Assembly: GCF_037042905.1 (NCBI RefSeq)
Contig: NC_087251.1
Span: forward strand, 49,601,358 to 49,665,357
From: Lytechinus pictus
Taxonomy: Eukaryota
Direction of reading: 5' to 3'
Length of the DNA: 64,000 bases
Shown here: in pieces, positions 24,801-39,800 of the stretch
Layout: every line of letters starts with the position of its first letter
How positions within the stretch are numbered: position 1 is the first letter of the stretch
Notes under the pieces: generated by a model
What the model was told of the DNA's origin: nothing
Seen by the model: the letters and a program-made list of their open reading frames with translations, nothing else
Database searches by the model: none
Translations under genes and position numbers: made by a program

Positions 24801-27800
24801 AAGAAATGAGAATTAACATACAAGCGTACTATACATTCACATCTTCCTATGACAAGGGGTGTAAGAGAGAGATAGGGAGAGAGGGGGGTTAGATGGCTTG
24901 TATTCTAAAGGAATGGGGACTAGTCTGGCTAGAAATAAGTAAAAGTTAGAACAAGATAGCAGTAGCACTTATTCTCAGCCACCCCCCCCCCCCCCCAGAC
25001 ACACTTACAATGCTTTTCTCCCCCTCCCCCCTCCCTCTTGAATCCACCACTATTCACTCAAATTCTGAAGTTCTCTGTTCTCCATCCCTTTCCCATGAAC
25101 CAATTTCACAATTGCAATTGATCAAAGCCTATCTAATGTTTAGTTTCCTGTAATGGGTGCTATACACGAATACAGCAGTGCTCGTTGGTATACAAAAGCA
25201 CACGAAAACATGCAACGCAGAGGTAACATTAGCCTACACAGCCTAGCCTAGCCTCGGTATACAAACACAGATGATCTACTAATCACAATTAGTTACCTGA
25301 TATACCCCCTCTGTAGCCTTGAACATAACCATCAAGTTCAGTTTTTGGACCTCTTGATGGCTGAAACATGAATACTAGTGAAAATAATTTGCTACTAAAG
25401 AGTTTGGGCTGGTGTTTCATCCACTAGGGAATTCCCCTTGTAATAGGCCTAGTCTTGGTTGCATTATATGGCACATGAAGGTTTCTTTTTTTATTTAACT
25501 TCCTGGCTTTTCTTTAACATCTGTACACTCACTTTATCACAAAGAAATGCATGAAATATACAGATGTGTTATGTAATGACCAATTTTAATGTTACTCCTA
25601 TAGTCTAGTGCCCTATGGATTTACACACATCCTACCTGTCTAGATGGAGCTCGACAATGGATGCAATGTAGGGCCCAACATCCTATAATGCAAAATTGTA
25701 GATATGCATAGTGTGCATATCTGGATGCAAGTACTGCCCACAATTATAAATACAAGATTCACACGAGTTAAATGAGATAACAATAAAAAGAAATGAGAAT
25801 TAACATACAAGCGTACTATACATTCACATCTTCCTATGACAAGGGGTGTAAGAGAGAGATAGGGAGAGAAGGGGGTTAGATGGCTTGTATTCTAAAGGAA
25901 TGGGGACTAGTCTGGCTAGAAATAAGTAAAAGTTAGAACAAGATAGCAGTAGCACTCATTCTCAGCCACCCCCCCCCCCCAGACATACTTACCATGCTTT
26001 TCTCCCCCTCCCCCCCCCCTCCCTCTTGAATCCACCACTATTCAGTCAAATTCTAAAGTTCTCTGTTCTCCATCCCTTTCCCATGAACCAATTTCACAAT
26101 TGCAATTGATCAAAGCCTATCTTATGTTTAGTATCCTGTAATGGGTGCTTTACACGAATACAGCAGTGCTCGTTTGTATACAAAAGCACACGAAAACATG
26201 CAACGCAGAGGTAACATTAGCCTACACAGCCTAGCCTAGCCTCGCTATACAAACACACATGATCTACTAATCACAATTTGTTACCTGATATACCCCCTCT
26301 GTAGCCTTGAACATAACCATCAAGTTCATTTTTTGGACCTCTTGATGGCTGAAACATGCATACTAGTGAAAATAATTTGCTACTGAAGAGTTTGGGCTGG
26401 TGTTTCATCCACTAGGGAATTCCCCTTGCAATATAGGCCTAGTCTTGGTTGTATTATATGGCACATGAAGGTTTCTTTTTTTATTTAACTTCCTGGCTTT
26501 TCTTTAACATCTGTACACTCACTTTATCACAAAGAAATGCATGAAATATACAGATGTGTTATGTAATGACCAATTTTAATGTTACTCCTATAGTCTAGTG
26601 CCCTATGGATTTACACACATCCTACCTGTCTAGATGGAGCTCGACAATGGATGCAATGTAGGGCCAAACATCCTATAATGCAAAATTGTAGATATGCATA
26701 GTGTGCATATCTGGATGCAAGTACTGCCCACAATTATAAATACCAGATTCACACGAGTTAAATTTGATAACAATAAAAAGAAATGAGAATTAACATACAA
26801 GCGTACTATACATTCACATCTTCCTATGACAAGGGGTGTAAGAGAGAGATAGGGAGAGAGGGGGGTTAGATGGCTTGTATTCTAAAGGAATGGGGACTAG
26901 TCTGGCTAGAAATAAGTAAAAGTTAGAACAAGATAGCAGTAGCACTTATTCTCAGCCACCCCCCCCCCCCCAGACACACTTACAATGCTTTTCTCCCCCT
27001 CCCCCCTCCCTCTTGAATCCACCACTATTCACTCAAATTCTGAAGTTCTCTGTTCTCCATCCCTTTCCCATGAACCAATTTCACAATTGCAATTGATCAA
27101 AGCCTATCTAATGTTTAGTTTCCTGTAATGGGTGCTATACACGAATACAGCAGTGCTCGTTGGTATACAAAAGCACACGAAAACATACAACGCAGAGGTA
27201 ACATTAGCCTACACAGCCTAGCCTAGCCTCGGTATACAAACACAGATGATCTACTAATCACAATTAGTTACCTGATATACCCCCTCTGTAGCCTTGAACA
27301 TAACCATCAAGTTCAGTTTTTGGACCTCTTGATGGCTGAAACATGAATACTAGTGAAAATAATTTGCTACTAAAGAGTTTGGGCTGGTGTTTCATCCACT
27401 AGGGAATTCCCCTTGTAATAGGCCTAGTCTTGGTTGCATTATATGGCACATGAAGGTTTCTTTTTTTATTTAACTTCCTGGCTTTTCTTTAACATCTGTA
27501 CACTCACTTTATCACAAAGAAATGCATGAAATATACAGATGTGTTATGTAATGACCAATTTTAATGTTACTCCTATAGTCTAGTGCCCTATGGATTTACA
27601 CACATCCTACCTGTCTAGATGGAGCTCGACAATGGATGCAATGTAGGGCCCAACATCCTATAATGCAAAATTGTAGATATGCATAGTGTGCATATCTGGA
27701 TGCAAGTACTGCCCACAATTATAAATACAAGATTCACACGAGTTAAATGAGATAACAATAAAAAGAAATGAGAATTAACATACAAGCGTACTATACATTC

Positions 27801-30800
27801 ACATCTTCCTATGACAAGGGGTGTAAGAGAGAGATAGGGAGAGAGGGGGGTTAGATGGCTTGTATTCTAAAGGAATGGGGACTAGTCTGGCTAGAAATAA
27901 GTAAAAGTTAGAACAAGATAGCAGTAGCACTTATTCTCAGCCACCCCCCCCCCCCAGACACACTTACAATGCTTTTCTCCCCCTCCCCCCTCCCTCTTGA
28001 ATCCACCACTATTCACTCAAATTCTGAAGTTCTCTGTTCTCCATCCCTTTCCCATGAACCAATTTCACAATTGCAATTGATCAAAGCCTATCTAATGTTT
28101 AGTTTCCTGTAATGGGTGCTATACACGAATACAGCAGTGCTCGTTGGTATACAAAAGCACACGAAAACATGCAACGCAGAGGTAACATTAGCCTACACAG
28201 CCTAGCCTAGCCTCGGTATACAAACACAGATGATCTACTAATCACAATTAGTTACCTGATATACCCCCTTTGTAGCCTTGAACATAACCATCAAGTTCAG
28301 TTTTTGGACCTCTTGATGGCTGAAACATGAATACTAGTGAAAATAATTTGCTACTAAAGAGTTTGGGCTGGTGTTTCATCCACTAGGGAATTCCCCTTGT
28401 AATAGGCCTAGTCTTGGTTGCATTATATGGCACATGAAGGTTTCTTTTTTTATTTAACTTCCTGGCTTTTCTTTAACATCTGTACACTCACTTTATCACA
28501 AAGAAATGCATGAAATATACAGATGTGTTATGTAATGACCAATTTTAATGTTACTCCTATAGTCTAGTGCCCTATGGATTTACACACATCCTACCTGTCT
28601 AGATGGAGCTCGACAATGGATGCAATGTAAGGCCCAACATCCTATAATGCAAAATTGTAGATATGCATAGTGTGCATATCTGGATGCAAGTACTGCCCAC
28701 AATTATAAATACAAGATTCACACGAGTTAAATGAGATAACAATAAAAAGAAATGAGAATTAACATACAAGCGTACTATACATTCACATCTTCCTATGACA
28801 AGGGGTGTAAGAGAGAGATAGGGAGAGAAGGGGGTTAGATGGCTTGTATTCTAAAGGAATGGGGACTAGTCTGGCTAGAAATAAGTAAAAGTTAGAACAA
28901 GATAGCAGTAGCACTCATTCTCAGCCACCCCCCCCCCAGACATACTTACCATGCTTTTCTCCCCCTCCCCCCCCCCCCTCCCTCTTGAATCCACCACTAT
29001 TCAGTCAAATTCTAAAGTTCTCTGTTCTCCATCCCTTTCCCATGAACCAATTTCACAATTGCAATTGATCAAAGCCTATCTTATGTTTAGTATCCTGTAA
29101 TGGGTGCTTTACACGAATACAGCAGTGCTCGTTTGTATACAAAAGCACACGAAAACATGCAACGCAGAGGTAACATTAGCCTACACAGCCTAGCCTAGCC
29201 TCGCTATACAAACACACATGATCTACTAATCACAATTTGTTACCTGATATACCCCCTCTGTAGCCTTGAACATAACCATCAAGTTCATTTTTTGGACCTC
29301 TTGATGGCTGAAACATGCATACTAGTGAAAATAATTTGCTACTGAAGAGTTTGGGCTGGTGTTTCATCCACTAGGGAATTCCCCTTGCAATATAGGCCTA
29401 GTCTTGGTTGTATTATATGGCACATGAAGGTTTCTTTTTTTATTTAACTTCCTGGCTTTTCTTTAACATCTGTACACTCACTTTATCACAAAGAAATGCA
29501 TGAAATATACAGATGTGTTATGTAATGACCAATTTTAATGTTACTCCTATAGTCTAGTGCCCTATGGATTTACACACATCCTACCTGTCTAGATGGAGCT
29601 CGACAATGGATGCAATGTAGGGCCAAACATCCTATAATGCAAAATTGTAGATATGCATAGTGTGCATATCTGGATGCAAGTACTGCCCACAATTATAAAT
29701 ACCAGATTCACACGAGTTAAATTTGATAACAATAAAAAGAAATGAGAATTAACATACAAGCGTACTATACATTCACATCTTCCTATGACAAGGGGTGTAA
29801 GAGAGAGATAGGGAGAGAGGGGGGTTAGATGGCTTGTATTCTAAAGGAATGGGGACTAGTCTGGCTAGAAATAAGTAAAAGTTAGAACAAGATAGCAGTA
29901 GCACTTATTCTCAGCCACCCCCCCCCCCCCCAGACACACTTACAATGCTTTTCTCCCCCTCCCCCCTCCCTCTTGAATCCACCACTATTCACTCAAATTC
30001 TGAAGTTCTCTGTTCTCCATCCCTTTCCCATGAACCAATTTCACAATTGCAATTGATCAAAGCCTATCTAATGTTTAGTTTCCTGTAATGGGTGCTATAC
30101 ACGAATACAGCAGTGCTCGTTGGTATACAAAAGCACACGAAAACATGCAACGCAGAGGTAACATTAGCCTACACAGCCTAGCCTAGCCTCGGTATACAAA
30201 CACAGATGATCTACTAATCACAATTAGTTACCTGATATACCCCCTCTGTAGCCTTGAACATAACCATCAAGTTCAGTTTTTGGACCTCTTGATGGCTGAA
30301 ACATGAATACTAGTGAAAATAATTTGCTACTAAAGAGTTTGGGCTGGTGTTTCATCCACTAGGGAATTCCCCTTGTAATAGGCCTAGTCTTGGTTGCATT
30401 ATATGGCACATGAAGGTTTCTTTTTTTATTTAACTTCCTGGCTTTTCTTTAACATCTGTACACTCACTTTATCACAAAGAAATGCATGAAATATACAGAT
30501 GTGTTATGTAATGACCAATTTTAATGTTACTCCTATAGTCTAGTGCCCTATGGATTTACACACATCCTACCTGTCTAGATGGAGCTCGACAATGGATGCA
30601 ATGTAGGGCCCAACATCCTATAATGCAAAATTGTAGATATGCATAGTGTGCATATCTGGATGCAAGTACTGCCCACAATTATAAATACAAGATTCACACG
30701 AGTTAAATGAGATAACAATAAAAAGAAATGAGAATTAACATACAAGCGTACTATACATTCACATCTTCCTATGACAAGGGGTGTAAGAGAGAGATAGGGA

Positions 30801-33800
30801 GAGAGGGGGGTTAGATGGCTTGTATTCTAAAGGAATGGGGACTAGTCTGGCTAGAAATAAGTAAAAGTTAGAACAAGATAGCAGTAGCACTCATTCTCAG
30901 CCACCCCCCCCCCCAAGACATACTTACCATGCTTTTCTCCCCCTCCCCCCCCCCTCCCTCTTGAATCCACCACTATTCAGTCAAATTCTAAAGTTCTCTG
31001 TTCTCCATCCCTTTCCCATGAACCAATTTCACAATTGCAATTGATCAAAGCCTATCTTATGTTTAGTATCCTGTAATGGGTGCTTTACATGAATACAGCA
31101 GTGCTCGTTGGTATACAAAATAACACGAAAACATGCAACGCAGAGGTAACATTAGCCTACACAGCCTAGCCTAGCCTCGCTATACAAACACACATGATCT
31201 ACTAATCACAATTTGTTACCTGATATACCCCCTCTGTAGCCTTGAACATAACCATCAAGTTCATTTTTTGGACCTCTTGATGGCTGAAACATGCATACTA
31301 GTGAAAATAATTTGCTACTGAAGAGTTTGGGCTGGTGTTTCATCCACTAGGGAATTCCCCTTGCAATATAGGCCTAGTCTTGGTTGTATTATATGGCACA
31401 TGAAGGTTTCTTTTTTTATTTAACTTCCTGGCTTTTCTTTAACATCTGTACACTCACTTTATCACAAAGAAATGCATGAAATATACAGATGTGTTATGTA
31501 ATGACCAATTTTAATGTTACTCCTATAGTCTAGTGCCCTATGGATTTACACACATCCTACCTGTCTAGATGGAGCTCGACAATGGATGCAATGTAGGGCC
31601 CAACATCCTATAATTCAAAATTGTAGATATGCATAGTGTGCATATCTGGATGCAAGTACTGCCCACAATTATAAATACAAGATTCACACGAGTTAAATGA
31701 GATAACAATAAAAAGAAATGAGAATTAACATACAAGCGTACTATACATTCACATCTTCCTATGACAAGGGGTGTAAGAGAGAGATAGGGAGAGAGGGGGG
31801 TTAGATGGCTTGTATTCTAAAGGAATGGGGACTAGTCTGGCTAAAAATAAGTAAAAGTTAGAACAAGATAGCAGTAGCACTCATTCTCAGCCACCCCCCC
31901 CCCCCAGACACACTTACAATGCTTTTCTCCCCCTCCCCCTCCCTCTTGAATCCAACACTATTCACTCAAATTCTGAAGTTCTCTGTTCTCCATCCCTTTC
32001 CCATGAACCAATTTCACAATTGCAATTGATCAAAGCCTATCTTATGTTTAGTATCCTGTAATGGGTGCTTTACACGAATACAGCAGTGCTCGTTGGTATA
32101 CAAAAGCACACGAAAACATGCAACGCAGAGGTAACATTAGCCTACACAGCCTAGCCTAGCCTCGCTATACAAACACACATGATCTACTAATCACAATTTG
32201 TTACCTGATATACCCCCTCTGTAGCCTTGAACATAACCATCAAGTTCATTTTTTGGACCTCTTGATGGCTGAAACATGCATACTAGTGAAAATAATTTGC
32301 TACTGAAGAGTTTGGGCTGGTGTTTCATCCACTAGGGAATTCCCCTTGCAATATAGGCCTAGTCTTGGTTGTATTATATGGCACATGAAGGTTTCTTTTT
32401 TTATTTAACTTCCTGGCTTTTCTTTAACATCTGTACACTCACTTTATCACAAAGAAATGCATGAAATATACAGATGTGTTATGTAATGACCAATTTTAAT
32501 GTTACTCCTATAGTCTAGTGCCCTATGGATTTACACACATCCTACCTGTCTAGATGGAGCTCGACAATGGATGCAATGTAGGGCCCAACATCCTATAATG
32601 CAAAATTGTAGATATGCATAGTGTGCATATCTGGATGCAAGTACTGCCCACAATTATAAATACAAGATTCACACGAGTTAAATGAGATAACAATAAAAAG
32701 AAATGAGAATTAACATACAAGCGTACTATACATTCACATCTTCCTATGACAAGGGGTGTAAGAGAGAGATAGGGAGAGAGGGGGGTTAGATGGCTTGTAT
32801 TCTAAAGGAATGGGGACTAGTCTGGCTAGAAATAAGTAAAAGTTAGAACAAGATAGCAGTAGCACTCATTCTCAGCCACCACCCCCCCCCCAGACACACT
32901 TACAATGCTTTTCTCCCCCTCCCCCCTCCCTCTTGAATCCACCACTATTCACTCAAATTCTGAAGTTCTCTGTTCTCCATCCCTTTCCCATGAACCAATT
33001 TCACAATTGCAATTGATCAAAGCCTATCTTATGTTTAGTATCCTGTAATGGGTGCTTTACACGAATACAGCAGTGCTCGTTGGTATACAAAAGCACACGA
33101 AAACATGCAACGCAGAGGTAACATTAGCCTACACAGCCTAGCCTAGCCTCGCTATACAAACACACATGATCTACTAATCACAATTTGTTACCTGATATAC
33201 CCCCTCTGTAGCCTTGAACATAACCATCAAGTTCATTTTTTGGACCTCTTGATGGCTGAAACATGCATACTAGTGAAAATAATTTGCTACTAAAGAGTTT
33301 GGGCTGGTGTTTCATCCACTAGGGAATTCCCCTTGTAATAGGCCTAGTCTTGGTTGCATTATATGGCACATGAAGGTTTCTTTTTTTATTTAACTTCCTG
33401 GCTTTTCTTTAACATCTGTACACTCACTTTATCACAAAGAAATGCATGAAATATACAGATGTGTTATGTAATGACCAATTTTAATGTTACTCCTATAGTC
33501 TAGTGCCCTATGGATTTACACACATCCTACCTGTCTAGATGGAGCTCGACAATGGATGCAATGTAGGGCCCAACATCCTATAATGCAAAATTGTAGATAT
33601 GCATAGTGTGCATATCTGGATGCAAGTACTGCCCACAATTATAAATACAAGATTCACACGAGTTAAATGAGATAACAATAAAAAGAAATGAGAATTAACA
33701 TACAAGCGTACTATACATTCACATCTTCCTATGACAAGGGGTGTAAGAGAGAGATAGGGAGAGAGGGGGGGTAGATGGCTTGTATTCTAAAGGAATGGGG

Positions 33801-36800
33801 ACTAGTCTGGCTAGAAATAAGTAAAAGTTAGAACAAGATAGCAGTAGCACTCATTCTCAGCCACCCCCCCCCCCAGACACACTTACAATGCTTTTCTCCC
33901 CCTCCCCCCTCCCTCTTGAATCCACCACTATTCACTCAAATTCTGAAGTTCTCTGTTCTCCATCCCTTTCCCATGAACCAATTTCACAATTGCAATTGAT
34001 CAAAGCCTATCTTATGTTTAGTATCCTGTAATGGGTGCTTTACACGAATACAGCAGTGCTCGTTGGTATACAAAAGCACACGAAAACATGCAACGCAGAG
34101 GTAACATTAGCCTACACAGCCTAGCCTAGCCTCGCTATACAAACACACATGATCTACTAATCACAATTTGTTACCTGATATACCCCCTCTGTAGCCTTAA
34201 ACATAACCATCAAGTTCATTTTTTGGACCTCTTGATGGCTGAAACATGCATACTAGTGAAAATAATTTGCTACTAAAGAGTTTGGGCTGGTGTTTCATCC
34301 ACTAGGGAATTCCCCTTGTAATAGGCCTAGTCTTGGTTGCATTATATGGCACATGAAGGTTTCTTTTTTTATTTAACTTCCTGGCTTTTCTTTAACATCT
34401 GTACACTCACTTTATCACAAAGAAATGCATGAAATATACAGATGTGTTATGTAATGACCAATTTTAATGTTACTCCTATAGTCTAGTGCCCTATGGATTT
34501 ACACACATCCTACCTGTCTAGATGGAGCTCGACAATGGATGCAATGTAGGGCCCAACATCCTATAATGCAAAATTGTAGATATGCATAGTGTGCATATCT
34601 GGATGCAAGTACTGCCCACAATTATAAATACAAGATTCACACGAGTTAAATGAGATAACAATAAAAAGAAATGAGAATTAACATACAAGCGTACTATACA
34701 TTCACATCTTCCTATGACAATGGGTGTAAGAGAGAGATAGGGAGAGAGGGGGGTTAGATGGCTTGTATTCTAAAGGAATGGGGACTAGTCTGGCTAGAAA
34801 TAAGTAAAAGTTAGAACAAGATAGCAGTAGCACTCATTCTCAGCCACCCCCCCCCCCCAGACACACTTACAATGCTTTTCTCCCCCTCCCCCCTCCCTCT
34901 TGAATCCACCACTATTCACTCAAATTCTGAAGTTCTCTGTTCTCCATCCCTTTCCCATGAACCAATTTCACAATTGCAATTGATCAAAGCCTATCTTATG
35001 TTTAGTATCCTGTAATGGGTGCTTTACACGAATACAGCAGTGCTCGTTGGTATACAAAAGCACACGAAAACATGCAACGCAGAGGTAACATTAGCCTACA
35101 CAGCCTAGCCTAGCCTCGCTATACAAACACACATGATCTACTAATCACAATTTGTTACCTGATATACCCCCTCTGTAGCCTTGAACATAACCATCAAGTT
35201 CATTTTTTGGACCTCTTGATGGCTGAAACATGCATACTAGTGAAAATAATTTGCTACTAAAGAGTTTGGGCTGGTGTTTCATCCACTAGGGAATTCCCCT
35301 TGTAATAGGCCTAGTCTTGGTTGCATTATATGGCACATGAAGGTTTCTTTTTTTATTTAACTTCCTGGCTTTTCTTTAACATCTGTACACTCACTTTATC
35401 ACAAAGAAATGCATGAAATATACAGATGTGTTATGTAATGACCAATTTTAATGTTACTCCTATAGTCTAGTGCCCTATGGATTTACACACATCCTACCTG
35501 TCTAGATGGAGCTCGACAATGGATGCAATGTAGGGCCCAACATCCAATAATGCAAAATTGTAGATATGCATAGTGTGCATATCTGGATGCAAGTACTGCC
35601 CACAATTATAAATACAAGATTCACACGAGTTAAATGAGATAACAATAAAAAGAAATGAGAATTAACATACAAGCGTACTATACATTCACATCTTCCTATG
35701 ACAAGGGGTGTAAGAGAGAGATAGGGAGAGAGGGGGGTTAGATGGCTTGTATTCTAAAGGAATGGGGACTAGTCTGGCTAGAAATAAGTAAAAGTTAGAA
35801 CAAGATAGCAGTAGCACTCATTCTCAGCCACCCCCCCCCCCCAGACACACTTACAATGCTTTTCTCCCCCTCCCCCCTCCCTCTTGAATCCACCACTATT
35901 CACTCAAATTCTGAAGTTCTCTGTTCTCCATCCCTTTCCCATGAACCAATTTCACAATTGCAATTGATCAAAGCCTATCTTATGTTTAGTATCCTGTAAT
36001 GGGTGCTTTACACGAATACAGCAGTGCTCGTTGGTATACAAAAGCACACGAAAACATGCAACGCAGAGGTAACATTAGCCTACACAGCCTAGCCTAGCCT
36101 CGCTATACAAACACACATGATCTACTAATCACAATTTGTTACCTGATATACCCCCTCTGTAGCCTTAAACATAACCATCAAGTTCATTTTTTGGACCTCT
36201 TGATGGCTGAAACATGCATACTAGTGAAAATAATTTGCTACTAAAGAGTTTGGGCTGGTGTTTCATCCACTAGGGAATTCCCCTTGTAATAGGCCTAGTC
36301 TTGGTTGCATTATATGGCACATGAAGGTTTCTTTTTTTATTTAACTTCCTGGCTTTTCTTTAACATCTGTACACTCACTTTATCACAAAGAAATGCATGA
36401 AATATACAGATGTGTTATGTAATGACCAATTTTAATGTTACTCCTATAGTCTAGTGCCCTATGGATTTACACACATCCTACCTGTCTAGATGGAGCTCGA
36501 CAATGGATGCAATGTAGGGCCCAACATCCTATAATGCAAAATTGTAGATATGCATAGTGTGCATATCTGGATGCAAGTACTGCCCACAATTATAAATACA
36601 AGATTCACACGAGTTAAATGAGATAACAATAAAAAGAAATGAGAATTAACATACAAGCGTACTATACATTCACATCTTCCTATGACAAGGGGTGTAAGAG
36701 AGAGATAGGGAGAGAGGGGGGTTAGATGGCTTGTATTCTAAAGGAATGGGGACTAGTCTGGCTAGAAATAAGTAAAAGTTAGAACAAGATAGCAGTAGCA

Positions 36801-39800
36801 CTCATTCTCAGCCACCCCCCCCCCCCAGACACACTTACAATGCTTTTCTCCCCCTCCCCCCTCCCTCTTGAATCCACCACTATTCACTCAAATTCTGAAG
36901 TTCTCTGTTCTCCATCCCTTTCCCATGAACCAATTTCACAATTGCAATTGATCAAAGCCTATCTTATGTTTAGTATCCTGTAATGGGTGCTTTACACGAA
37001 TACAGCAGTGCTCGTTGGTATACAAAAGCACACGAAAACATGCAACGCAGAGGTAACATTAGCCTACACAGCCTAGCCTAGCCTCGCTATACAAACACAC
37101 ATGATCTACTAATCACAATTTGTTACCTGATATACCCCATCTGTAGCCTTGAACATAACCATCAAGTTCATTTTTTGGACCTCTTGATGGCTGAAACATG
37201 CATACTAGTGAAAATAATTTGCTACTAAAGAGTTTGGGCTGGTGTTTCATCCACTAGGGAATTCCCCTTGTAATAGGCCTAGTCTTGGTTGCATTATATG
37301 GCACATGAAGGTTTCTTTTTTTATTTAACTTCCTGGCTTTTCTTTAACATCTGTACACTCACTTTATCACAAAGAAATGCATGAAATATACAGATGTGTT
37401 ATGTAATGACCAATTTTAATGTTACTCCTATAGTCTAGTGCCCTATGGATTTACACACATCCTACCTGTCTAGATGGAGCTCGACAATGGATGCAATGTA
37501 GGGCCCAACATCCTATAATGCAAAATTGTAGATATGCATAGTGTGCATATCTGGATGCAAGTACTGCCCACAATTATAAATACAAGATTCACACGAGTTA
37601 AATGAGATAACAATAAAAAGAAATGAGAATTAACATACAAGCGTACTATACATTCACATCTTCCTATGACAAGGGGTGTAAGAGAGAGATAGGGAGAGAG
37701 GGGGGTTAGATGGCTTGTATTCTAAAGGAATGGGGACTAGTCTGGCTAGAAATAAGTAAAAGTTAGAACAAGATAGCAGTAGCACTCATTCTTAGCCACC
37801 CCCCCAGACATACTTACCATGCTTTTCTCCCCCTTCCCCCCCCCCCCTCCCTCTTGAATCCACCACTATTCAGTCAAATTCTAAAGTTCTCTGTTCTCCA
37901 TCCCTTTCCCATGAACCAATTTCACAATTGCAATTGATCAAAGCCTATCTTATGTTTAGTATCCTGTAATGGGTGCTTTACACGAATACAGCAGTGCTCG
38001 TTGGTATACAAAAGCACACGAAAACATGCAACGCAGAGGTAACATTAGCCTACACAGCCTAGCCTAGCCTCGCTATACAAACACACATGATCTACTAATC
38101 ACAATTTGTTACCTGATATACCCCCTCTGTAGCCTTGAACATAACCATCAAGTTCATTTTTTGGACCTCTTGATGGCTGAAACATGGATACTAGTGATAA
38201 TAATTTGCTACTGAAGAGTTTGGGCTGGTGTTTCATCCACTAGGGAATTCCCCTTGCAATATAGGCCTAGTCTTGGTTGTATTATATGGCAAATGAAGGT
38301 TTCTTTTTTTATTTAACTTCCTGGCTTTTCTTTAACATCTGTACACTCACTTTATCACAAAGAAATGCATGAAATATACAGATGTGTTATGTAATGACCA
38401 ATTTTAATGTTACTCCTATAGTCTAGTGCCCTATGGATTTACACACATCCTACCTGTCTAGATGGAGCTCGACAATGGATGCAATGTAGGGCCCAACATC
38501 CTATAATGCAAAATTGTAGATATGCATAGTGTGCATATCTGGATGCAAGTACTGCCCACAATTATAAATACCAGATTCACACGAGTTAAATTTGATAACA
38601 ATAAAAAGAAATGAGAATTAACATACAAGCGTACTATACATTCACATCTTCCTATGACAAGGGGTGTAAGAGAGAGATAGGGAGAGAGGGGGGTTAGATG
38701 GCTTGTATTCTAAAGGAATGGGGACTAGTCTGGCTAGAAATAAGTAAAAGTTAGAACAAGATAGCAGTAGCACTCATTCTCAGCCACCCCCCCCCCAGAC
38801 ACACTTACAATGCTTTTCTCCCCCTCCCCCCTCCCTCTTGAATCCACCACTATTCACTCAAATTCTGAAGTTCTCTGTTCTCCATCCCTTTCCCATGAAC
38901 CAATTTCACAATTGCAATTGATCAAAGCCTATCTAATGTTTAGTTTCCTGTAATGGGTGCTATACACGAATACAGCAGTGCTCGTTGGTATACAAAAGCA
39001 CACGAAAACATGCAACGCAGAGGTAACATTAGCCTACACAGCCTAGCCTAGCCTCGGTATACAAACACAGATGATCTACTAATCACAATTTGTTACCTGA
39101 TATACCCCCTCTGTAGCCTTAAACATAACCATCAAGTTCATTTTTTGGACCTCTTGATGGCTGAAACATGCATACTAGTGAAAATAATTTGCTACTAAAG
39201 AGTTTGGGCTGGTGTTTCATCCACTAGGGAATTCCCCTTGTAATAGGCCTAGTCTTGGTTGCATTATATGGCACACGAAGGTTTCTTTTTTTATTTAACT
39301 TCCTGGCTTTTCTTTAACATCTGTACACTCACTTTATCACAAAGAAATGCATGAAATATACAGATGTGTTATGTAATGACCAATTTTAATGTTACTCCTA
39401 TAGTCTAGTGCCCTATGGATTTACACACATCCTACCTGTCTAGATGGAGCTCGACAATGGATGCAATGTAGGGCCCAACATCCTATAATGCAAAATTGTA
39501 GATATGCATAGTGTGCATATCTGGATGCAAGTACTGCCCACAATTATAAATACAAGATTCACACGAGTTAAATGAGATAACAATAAAAAGAAATGAGAAT
39601 TAACATACAAGCGTACTATACATTCACATCTTCCTATGACAAGGGGTGTAAGAGAGAGATAGGGAGAGAGGGGGGTTAGATGGCTTGTATTCTAAAGGAA
39701 TGGGGACTAGTCTGGCTAGAAATAAGTAAAAGTTAGAACAAGATAGCAGTAGCACTCATTCTCAGCCACCCCCCCCCCAGACACACTTACAATGCTTTTC

